A DNA stretch of 32,000 nt, taken from contig NC_000962.3 of assembly GCF_000195955.2 (NCBI RefSeq), positions 1,950,001 to 1,982,000 of the forward strand. Reading direction: 5' to 3'. The notes beneath the pieces were generated by a model, which did not search any database, was not told where the DNA came from, and was given only the letters and a program-made list of their open reading frames with translations. Positions 9,243 to 15,954 of this stretch are shown piece after piece. The stretch comes from Mycobacterium tuberculosis H37Rv. GTDB taxonomy: Bacteria > Actinomycetota > Actinomycetes > Mycobacteriales > Mycobacteriaceae. Position 1 is the stretch's first letter. Each line of letters starts with the position of its first letter. The translations under genes and the position numbers were made by a program.

Positions 9243-9791
9243 CTAGCGCCACTTGATGCCGCACCCGATCGACGGTCGTTGGTCGGGGTTGACTGGCCGC
9301 CCGGCGAGCAGGGCGTCGACCGCGGCCCGGACGTCGGCGGCCGTCACCGGTCGGCCATTGCCCGGGCGGGAGTCGTCGAGCTGACCACGGTAGACAAGTC
9401 GGCGCTGGCCGTCGAAGACGAACGTGTCGGGTGTGCAGGCCGCGGAGAAGGCGCGGGCGACGTCTTGGGTTTCGTCGTAGAGATACGGGAACGTCCAGCC
9501 GTGGCGGCGGGCCTCGGCGACCATCTGATCGGGCCCGTCCTGCGGGTAGGTGACGACGTCGTTACTGGAGATACCGACCATCGGGACGCCTTGATCGGCG
9601 AGGTCCCGGCCGAGCGTGGCCAATCCGGCGGCGACGTGTTGCACGTACGGGCAGTGGTTACAGATGAAGGTGACGACGAGGGCGGGACCCGTGAGCTCGT
9701 CGAGGCTGACCGTGGCGCCGGTCGCCGGCTGGGGCAGTGTGAACGACGGCGCGGGGGTGCCGAGGGCGAGCATGCTGGATTCAACGGCCAT
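9243..9791 (-). CDS. thioredoxin-fold (AhpC/TSA-like) thiol-disulfide oxidoreductase (position of Rv1732c)
   Basis: 182-aa ORF with a CxxC active-site-like motif (FICNHCPYV) in a thioredoxin-like context. It is convergent with gabD2, with only 9 bp between the stops. Confidence 0.9.
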   Translation of the reverse strand: MAVESSMLALGTPAPSFTLPQPATGATVSLDELTGPALVVTFICNHCPYVQHVAAGLATLGRDLADQGVPMVGISSNDVVTYPQDGPDQMVAEARRHGWTFPYLYDETQDVARAFSAACTPDTFVFDGQRRLVYRGQLDDSRPGNGRPVTAADVRAAVDALLAGRPVNPDQRPSIGCGIKWR

Positions 9792-9854
9792 GCCGTCCAG
9801 AGTACGGTCGCGGTCCAGCTTGGCGGAGCCCTGGTTGCCGCTACCGGACGGTTG

Positions 9855-10487
9855 TCACCGCTGCGTGCAGAACAGGCTGTCGATGTCGTGTTGCCAACTG
9901 GCGTTGCGAACGCGGATCAGAATCGCCCGAGTGAGCGCCAGCAGGGCGCCCGCAACCGCGGCGACGCTCAACCAGAGTCCCAAGGCGGCCAGGGCCGCAT
10001 CCGCAATGGCACGGGCCGGCGGAGCTGGTTCATCGACCAGCTGACCGGCACTGTCGACCCAAATGCCGACGCGGTCACCGGATTTGGTTCCCGGCTTCGC
10101 GTTGACCTCACCGCTGCGTTCTATTCCGTTCACGACCCATCGGGCAGGCACGGTGATCTTCGTGCGCGGCGGCGCTGACGTGGCGGTCGTGTTGCTGTCG
10201 ATCACCCCCTCGTGATCGATCACGGTCGCGGTTGCGGGATGGCGGGTCTGGGCCTGGTGGGCATAGACGTGGCTGCGGGAATCCTGGACTGCGGTGCCGG
10301 CCGCGGCGGCGAACGGGATAGTCAGCAGCGAGACCGTGACGGCCAGCAGCATGACGACCGCCTCGAGTCGATCCGTCCCACGCACCAGCGGATTGCGGCT
10401 GAACACCCGCAGTATCGTCCGGCACGGCAAGCGCAGCCTAAACGTGATCATGGTGGCTCCTTCACGATCGCGGGTTGTGGCGATCAT
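9855..10487 (-). CDS. conserved two-TM membrane protein, DosR-regulon member (position of Rv1733c)
   Basis: 210-aa ORF with two hydrophobic segments (AVVMLLAVTVSLLTIPFAAAAG and AALAALGLWLSVAAVAGALLAL). A DosR-box-like site lies upstream. Confidence 0.85.
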   Translation of the reverse strand: MIATTRDREGATMITFRLRLPCRTILRVFSRNPLVRGTDRLEAVVMLLAVTVSLLTIPFAAAAGTAVQDSRSHVYAHQAQTRHPATATVIDHEGVIDSNTTATSAPPRTKITVPARWVVNGIERSGEVNAKPGTKSGDRVGIWVDSAGQLVDEPAPPARAIADAALAALGLWLSVAAVAGALLALTRAILIRVRNASWQHDIDSLFCTQR

Positions 10488-10531
10488 CGCTGTGAATTGC
10501 TCGTGGCTCCTAGGGTCGTTCGGCCTTGGGG

Positions 10532-10551
10532 CTGGGGACGTCGGTCACGAA
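10532..10551. promoter_or_regulatory. candidate DosR (DevR) box upstream of Rv1733c
   Basis: CTGGGGACGTCGGTCACGAA matches 15 of 20 positions of the consensus TTSGGGACTWWAGTCCCSAA. Its centre is about 54 bp upstream of the start codon at 10487. Confidence 0.45.
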
Positions 10552-10613
10552 TGGCTGGGCGCCGTGCATATCGGGTGAACCGGGCGTCGAACAAGCGAAG
10601 TTTTATTGTCGGA

Positions 10614-10633
10614 TAAGGGACTTTCGCCCCTTC
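10614..10633. promoter_or_regulatory. candidate DosR (DevR) box positioned for a plus-strand promoter (sRNA promoter)
   Basis: TAAGGGACTTTCGCCCCTTC contains GGGACTTTCGCCCC against the core GGGACTWWAGTCCC. An extended -10-like TGGCAGTAT (10651-10659) follows about 20 bp downstream. Confidence 0.5.
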
Positions 10634-10666
10634 CCGCCTGCTGTGTTTGGTGGCAGTATTGGTGAT

Positions 10667-10774
10667 ACCGGGGAAACCCGGTGATCTGCCCGAAGTGCTG
10701 GGCGATTGAGCGGGTATGTACACCCGGTTTGACCTACCGTCCCAAGACGGGGCTACCGCCTTCGGGCAGATCCT
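10667..10774 (+). ncRNA. structured small RNA, consistent with the DosR-regulated sRNA DrrS (MTS1338 / ncRv11733)
   Basis: There is no plausible CDS in the 286-bp gap. Helices seen: a perfect 6-bp stem with a GAAA loop at 10667-10682, a 13-bp perfect long-range pairing of 10683-10695 with 10760-10772, and inner hairpins at 10711-10726 and 10737-10750. A DosR box and -10 element lie upstream. The ends are approximate and partly from recollection of the published locus. Confidence 0.6.
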
Positions 10775-11016
10775 CATCCTGTTACTGCGGCGCACCGCGT
10801 CAGCTCGTTGATCGACAGGAAGAACAGCGCGCCGCGATGGTCATCGCTGCAGCCGTGGTCAGCGGGCAGCGTAGCCAGCACGGTCGTCATGACGTGGATC
10901 GCGCCGTCGACGGCGCAAACTCGTTGTGCCGGCTTGCCGAAACTGACCAGCGCGACCTGAGGTGGGTAGATCACCCCGAAGACCGCGTCAACCCCCTGGT
11001 CACCGACGTTGGTCAT
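10774..11016 (-). CDS. 80-aa ORF that is a C-terminal fragment of a 2-oxoacid dehydrogenase E2 acyltransferase catalytic domain (position of Rv1734c)
   Basis: TNVGDQGVDAVFGVIYPPQVALVSFG...LPADHGCSDDHRGALFFLS parallels the E2 pattern TxSNxG..G...F.PIINPPQ.AIL..G...LS.DHR..DG...A.FL, but the DHR catalytic triplet is not intact at the corresponding position. Confidence 0.7.
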   Translation of the reverse strand: MTNVGDQGVDAVFGVIYPPQVALVSFGKPAQRVCAVDGAIHVMTTVLATLPADHGCSDDHRGALFFLSINELTRCAAVTG

Positions 11017-11045
11017 GGTGATCGTGAGGTCCGATAGCTCCGAGC

Positions 11046-11065
11046 CCGGGGACTTCGGTCCCCAG
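11046..11065. promoter_or_regulatory. DosR (DevR) box upstream of Rv1734c
   Basis: CCGGGGACTTCGGTCCCCAG contains the inverted repeat GGGGAC-TTCG-GTCCCC. Its centre is about 40 bp upstream of ATG 11016. Confidence 0.6.
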
Positions 11066-11290
11066 AGCCCCCGACTTGGATCAGTGGTCGGATATCGCTC
11101 GATGACAGCGATGAGCTCTACACAACTGGCCGAGGCCAGAACACGAGGTTCGCCCGCGTGCTCGGACCATATCTGGTCGTTGTCACCGCCACGGCGCTAG
11201 CGCACGCGTCGTCGCGGACGTCCCGCTTGTTACGGGCGATTGGTGGCCAGGCGGTCATGGTGCTGATGGCATTGTCGGGCGGTATCTCAG

Positions 11291-11884
11291 CTACATCGGC
11301 TGGTTTCGACGAAACGCTCGAACTTGGTGGTCGAACGACCGCGGCGGGCGGCAGATGATGGCATGGGTGTCATCAGCGGCCCCGATGGCGTGCGATGACC
11401 GGCCGCTGCGGCCGATGGTGGCGGCTAGGTGGTGCAGCATGGCAACGAAGGTGATCGTCCACACCGCCAACGCGACCCAACCTTCGAATTCGCCGATGCT
11501 TTCGACGATGGGCAGATGGGCGGCCAGGCCGAGACGGTATGCGCCCACGCCGTACATGCCGAGCGGGAACACGACGCTCCACAACGTTGCCTCGTAGCGC
11601 AGCGGGACACGGTGGACGACATGTTTCCATATGCTGGCGGCGACCAGCGGTGGGATCAGCCACGGTCCGAAGGCCCAGAACACCACCGACGCTCCCGCAA
11701 CGAGTCCGCTGGTGACGATAGCCATTGGTGCATCAGCCATTTCGACGATGTGGGCGCCGGCCAGCACGGTGATAGCCGTGGCGCCCATCGCCACCCAATA
11801 GGGCGGGGTGAGATCCGCGGGCCGCAGCGGGTAGAGCAGCAGGCGGGCGACGACCAGGCTGCCGACAGCGACGTACAGAAACAC
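11291..11884 (-). CDS. C-terminal portion of a TDT (TehA/Mae1/SLAC1-like) family membrane transporter (position of Rv1735c)
   Basis: Polytopic hydrophobic ORF (PPYWVAMGATAITVLAG..., LWSVVFPLGMYGVGAY...). The maximal ORF starts at GTG 11884, and an internal ATG at 11788 would give 165 aa. An N-terminal-like fragment lies immediately upstream in another frame. Confidence 0.65.
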   Translation of the reverse strand: MFLYVAVGSLVVARLLLYPLRPADLTPPYWVAMGATAITVLAGAHIVEMADAPMAIVTSGLVAGASVVFWAFGPWLIPPLVAASIWKHVVHRVPLRYEATLWSVVFPLGMYGVGAYRLGLAAHLPIVESIGEFEGWVALAVWTITFVAMLHHLAATIGRSGRSSHAIGAADDTHAIICRPPRSFDHQVRAFRRNQPM

Positions 11885-11886
11885 GC

Positions 11887-12129
11887 CTACTGACCAACTA
11901 ATCGCGTGCCGAGCACGTCGGACGCAGCGACAAAGGTGAACATCCCAAATCCCCGGCGCGGATCAGCTAGGTCGTCGGCGAATTCTTTGCGGAAGATGAC
12001 GATTCGTGTCGTGCTCACCGCGATCAAGACAGCATAGGCGGTGCAGGTCACCCACAGCAGGACGACGGAAAGGGCATACGTCCACCCGCACAGGCGGGTG
12101 ACGACAGGGCCGAAAGTCGTGTCTCGCAT
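11887..12129 (-). pseudogene. detached N-terminal fragment of the same TDT-family transporter
   Basis: 80-aa hydrophobic ORF (CGWTYALSVVLLWVTCTAYAVLIAV...GFGMFTFVAASDVLGTRLVGQ) that ends at TAG 11887-11889. That is 2 nt from, and out of frame with, the downstream ORF. Confidence 0.45.
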
Positions 12130-12227
12130 CGAAATCGACGCCAGCGCGGACTTGTTCGACGAGTAGACGTGTCGCTAACGTCGATCTCGATGGGCAGTCC
12201 TGTCCGCTCGCCGAAGACGCACTCCCG

Positions 12228-14186
12228 TCACCACCCGCGCCGCCGCGGCCGCGTTAGCACCAGCTCCTCGCGGCTGCGGTAGATGATGTACGGGCGGAAC
12301 AGATAGCCGATCGGGGCGCTGAACGCGTGTACCAGCCGGGTGAACGGCCACAACGCGAACAACGCCAACCCGATCAGCACATGGATCTGGTAATACAGCG
12401 GAGCCTCGGCCATCAGGTCCCCGCGCGGTTGCAGTACCCACACCGAGCGGAACCACACCGACACCGTCTCGCGGTAGTTGTACGCCTCGCCGACAACGCC
12501 GGAGCCCAACGCCGTCGCACCCAGTCCCGCGACGATCGCCGCCACCAGCACGAGGTACATCACCTTGTCGTTGACGGTGGTAGCCATGAACACCGGCCCG
12601 CGGGTGCGCCGCCGGTAGATCAGCAGGGTAACGCCGGCCAAGGTGGTGATGCCGGCGATCGACCCCAGCACGACGGCCTGCACGTGATATGCGCCCTCGC
12701 TCAAACCGGCGGCCTGAGTCCACGACTGCGGGATCACGAGCCCGATACCGTGGCCGACGATGACCACCAGGATGCCGAAATGAAACATCGGGCTGGCGAT
12801 CCGCAGCAGCCGCGACTCGTACAGCTGGGACGAGCGGGTGGTCCAGCCGAATTTGTCATAGCGGTAGCGCCACCAGGAGCCGACCGCGACGATCGTCATC
12901 GTCACATACGGCACGACGGTCCAGAAGAGTTCGCCCATCATGTCACCCGTCCGGCATACCGCGGCCACCGTGTGTGCGTATGGCAATGCGGCCTCGGTCA
13001 GGGCATTGCACAGCGCGGCGATGGGCACCCGGTACCCGCTCAGCAACCGTCGCCCCGCCTCGGGGTCGACGGTCGCGGCGAATTCGAGCACCACCGGCAG
13101 GAAGTCCGGGGTCTCGCCGCGCGGTGGTGCGACGTCGGTGCTGCGGTAGGTCTGGGCGAAGGCCAGCATCTCCCGGCCGCGGTTGCGGGTGTCGCCGGCG
13201 GTCCAGTAGGTCAGGTACAGGGTGGCGCGGCCTCGCAGGTCGAAGGTGTCGACGTAGCGGGTCGCCGCGGTCAGCGGATCGGCACGGCGCAGCTCAGAGA
13301 CCGTGCGCCCCAACAGATCCGCGGCCGGACCGTCGATGTGGGCCAGCAATTCCTCTGCGGTGCCGAGTTGCCGTGAGTTCGGGTAGGTCAGCAGCACCGA
13401 GGCGCATTGCCACACCACGTCCCACCAATCTCCGGACTCCGGCACGTCGGTCTGGTCGCCGAACACCTGCGGGGAGGCCACCGGCAGGTCGGCGTACCAG
13501 TCGTAGAACGACGTCATCACCCCGCCGATTAGCTCCACGAACCGCGACCCCGCGGCGTGGCTCACCATGGACATCGCCGGGATGGGGGAGAAGCCGGCAA
13601 CCCGGTCCGGGCCGTATGTGGAGATGGTGTGCACGTGGGCGGCGGCGATCATCTCGGTGGCCTCGGCCCAGCTGACCCGGACCAGCCCGCCCTTGCCGCG
13701 GGCGCGCTGGTAGCGGCGGCGCCGCCGCGGGTCGGCCTGGATGTCGGCCCAGGCCGCCACCGGATCACCCAAACGTGCCTTCGCCTCCCGATACATCTCG
13801 ACAAGCACGCCGCGGGCGTACGGATGGCGCACCCGCGTCGGCGAATACGTGTACCAGGAAAACGCCGCGCCGCGCGGGCAGCCGCGGGGCTCATACTCGG
13901 GCCGGTCCGGGCCCACCGACGGATAGTCGGTCTCCTGCGTCTCCCAGGTGATGATGTCGTCTTTGACGTAGATCTTCCAAGAACACGACCCGGTGCAATT
14001 CACCCCGTGTGTGGAGCGGACCACCTTGTCGTGGCTCCACCGGTCTCGATAGAACACGTCGCCGTCGCGGCCGCCGCGGCGGGTCACGGTACGCAGATCC
14101 GCCGAGATCTCACCCGGGATGAAGAACCGGCCGCTGCGTGCAAGCAGCTCCTCGATGCGGCTGCCGGTCCGTGGTGTCACCGTCAC
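12228..14186 (-). CDS. narX: fused nitrate-reductase-like protein NarX (NarG N-terminal segment + NarJ + NarI)
   Basis: - NarG-type FS0 cluster motif HGVNCTGSCSWKIYVKDD at the N-terminus.
- NarJ-like middle (LYLTYWTAGDTRNRGREMLAFAQTY).
- NarI-like polytopic C-terminus (GELFWTVVPYVTMTIVAVGSWWRYRYD...).
- 652 aa; the GTG start overlaps the narK2 stop (GTGA). Confidence 0.95.
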   Translation of the reverse strand: MTVTPRTGSRIEELLARSGRFFIPGEISADLRTVTRRGGRDGDVFYRDRWSHDKVVRSTHGVNCTGSCSWKIYVKDDIITWETQETDYPSVGPDRPEYEPRGCPRGAAFSWYTYSPTRVRHPYARGVLVEMYREAKARLGDPVAAWADIQADPRRRRRYQRARGKGGLVRVSWAEATEMIAAAHVHTISTYGPDRVAGFSPIPAMSMVSHAAGSRFVELIGGVMTSFYDWYADLPVASPQVFGDQTDVPESGDWWDVVWQCASVLLTYPNSRQLGTAEELLAHIDGPAADLLGRTVSELRRADPLTAATRYVDTFDLRGRATLYLTYWTAGDTRNRGREMLAFAQTYRSTDVAPPRGETPDFLPVVLEFAATVDPEAGRRLLSGYRVPIAALCNALTEAALPYAHTVAAVCRTGDMMGELFWTVVPYVTMTIVAVGSWWRYRYDKFGWTTRSSQLYESRLLRIASPMFHFGILVVIVGHGIGLVIPQSWTQAAGLSEGAYHVQAVVLGSIAGITTLAGVTLLIYRRRTRGPVFMATTVNDKVMYLVLVAAIVAGLGATALGSGVVGEAYNYRETVSVWFRSVWVLQPRGDLMAEAPLYYQIHVLIGLALFALWPFTRLVHAFSAPIGYLFRPYIIYRSREELVLTRPRRRGW

Positions 14187-15370
14187 CTGGACGCCTCCTC
14201 ACTCACCGGCTCCCGCGCGTGCAGCGCGGTGTAGGTACACGCGACCAGCGCGGTCGCCACCAGCAGCAGCAACCCGACCGTGTAGTCGTTGTCGACCGGG
14301 TCGTAGGTCGCGCCCATCACCAGCGGCGGGAAGTAACCGCCCAATCCGCCTGCCGCGGCGACGATTCCGGTGACCGAGCCGACCGATGCGGCCGGGGCGC
14401 GGCGGGCCACCCACGCGAACACGCCGCCGGTGCCCACGCCGAGGCAGACCGCCAGGGTGATGAAGGTGGCCGCCGACCACACCTCCGGCGGCGGCTGCAA
14501 CGCCGCGGCGAACGCCAGCAGCGCGGTCCCGGCGAGCGAGGCCAGCACCACGTGCCTCGGTGCGATCCGGTCGGAGAGCCACCCGCCCACCGGCCGGGCC
14601 AGCACCGCCGCCAGGGCGAACCCGGCGGTGCGAGCGCCCGCGTCGACCGTGGAGAACCCGTAGATCGTGGTGATGTAGGTGGGCAGGTAGTTGCTGAACG
14701 CCACGAACCCGCCGAACACGATCGCGTACAGAAACGACATCTCCCAGGTCACCGGCAACCGTGCCGCGGCCTTGAGCCTGGGCAGCACCGGGTCGGCGTT
14801 GGGCCGAAAGTAGGGTGCATCACGAAGCACGACCATGGCCACCACGGCGGTCGACGCGAGCGCGGCCGCGACGATGGCGTGGGTGGTGAACAGGCCGAAC
14901 CACCGTACAAACCGCGGGGTGAAGAACGCCGAGAGCGCGGTGCCGACCATGCCCATACCGAACACGCCGGTGGAGAAACCGCGCCGCGCCGGCTGGTACC
15001 AGTTGTTGGCGAACGGGATGCCGACGGCGAAGATCGTGCCGGCAACGCCCAGGAAGAGCCCGAAAAACACCAGCAACGCGTAGGAGCCCATGGTTGCCGC
15101 GACCCCGACCGCGAGCACCGGGAGGATCGACGCCAGCGTCACCGCGATGAGCATGGCGCGCCCGCCGAAGCGGTCGGTGAGCGGCCCGGTGACGATGCGG
15201 CCAAGGGCACCCACCAGGATCGGGGTGGCGACGAGCAGCGACGCCTCGGCGCTGGACAGTGACATGTCACGCGCGTAGCTGGTCGACAGCGGGCCGATCA
15301 GGTTCCACGCCCAGAAGTTGACCACCGAGATCCAGGTGGCCAGCACGAGATTGGCCGCTTGCCCTCTCAT
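14183..15370 (-). CDS. narK2: MFS nitrate/nitrite transporter NarK2
   Basis: NarK-type MFS protein with about 12 hydrophobic segments. ATG 15370 gives 395 aa. The stop overlaps the narX start by 4 nt. A DosR-box cluster lies upstream. Confidence 0.95.
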   Translation of the reverse strand: MRGQAANLVLATWISVVNFWAWNLIGPLSTSYARDMSLSSAEASLLVATPILVGALGRIVTGPLTDRFGGRAMLIAVTLASILPVLAVGVAATMGSYALLVFFGLFLGVAGTIFAVGIPFANNWYQPARRGFSTGVFGMGMVGTALSAFFTPRFVRWFGLFTTHAIVAAALASTAVVAMVVLRDAPYFRPNADPVLPRLKAAARLPVTWEMSFLYAIVFGGFVAFSNYLPTYITTIYGFSTVDAGARTAGFALAAVLARPVGGWLSDRIAPRHVVLASLAGTALLAFAAALQPPPEVWSAATFITLAVCLGVGTGGVFAWVARRAPAASVGSVTGIVAAAGGLGGYFPPLVMGATYDPVDNDYTVGLLLLVATALVACTYTALHAREPVSEEASR

Positions 15371-15460
15371 CGACACGATCCGGGGTCTCGGACTCCGGCG
15401 AACTCCGCGCCCCGCCCGGACAGCCATGCGCTAACCCTGGCTTCGATGGCGCCGGCTCAG

Positions 15461-15542
15461 TTAGGGCCGGAAGTCCCCAATGTGGCAGACCTTTCGCCCC
15501 TGGCGGACGAATGACCCCAGTGGCCGGGACTTCAGGCCCTAT
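15461..15542. promoter_or_regulatory. cluster of DosR (DevR) boxes in the divergent narK2 / Rv1738 control region
   Basis: - TTAGGGCCGGAAGTCCCCAA at 15461-15480, 16/20 to consensus.
- TGGCGGACGAATGACCCCAG at 15501-15520, 14/20.
- GCCGGGACTTCAGGCCCTAT at 15523-15542, core GGGACTTCAGGCCC.
- A weak fourth site at 15484-15503 ending CTTTCGCCCC. Confidence 0.75.
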
Positions 15543-15656
15543 CGGAGGGCTCCGGCGCGGTGGTCGGATTTGTCTGTGGAGGTTACACCCCAATCGCAAG
15601 GATGCATTATGACCAGCGAGCTGAGCCTGGTCGCCACTGGAAAGGGGAGCAACATC

Positions 15657-15941
15657 ATGTGCGGCGACCAGTCGGATCACGTGCTGCAGCACTGGACCGT
15701 CGACATATCGATCGACGAACACGAAGGATTGACTCGGGCGAAGGCACGGCTGCGTTGGCGGGAAAAGGAATTGGTGGGTGTTGGCCTGGCAAGGCTCAAT
15801 CCGGCCGACCGCAACGTCCCCGAGATCGGCGATGAACTCTCGGTCGCCCGAGCCTTGTCCGACTTGGGGAAGCGAATGTTGAAGGTGTCGACCCACGACA
15901 TCGAAGCTGTTACCCATCAGCCGGCGCGATTGTTGTATTGA
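15657..15941 (+). CDS. small conserved dormancy-induced protein, 94 aa (position of Rv1738)
   Basis: ATG 15657 is preceded by AAGGGGAG. The gene is divergent from narK2 across the DosR-box cluster. The longer 153-aa ORF from 15480 would run through the operator region and is unlikely. Confidence 0.85.
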
Positions 15942-15954
15942 GGGTGCCGGCGCG

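Noticed and set aside
12327-14234. Several long plus-strand ORFs (349, 233 and 225 aa) antisense to narX
   Set aside because: These are shadow ORFs of a well-supported gene. They are extremely Arg/Gly/Pro-rich and have no motifs.
14138-15262. 374-aa plus-strand ORF antisense to narK2
   Set aside because: This is a shadow ORF with low-complexity Arg/Gly/Glu/Asp-rich composition. The opposite strand encodes a clear MFS transporter.
15267-15917. 216-aa minus-strand ORF covering the narK2/Rv1738 control region and Rv1738
   Set aside because: It would run through the DosR-box cluster and antisense to the well-supported 94-aa gene. It has no motifs.
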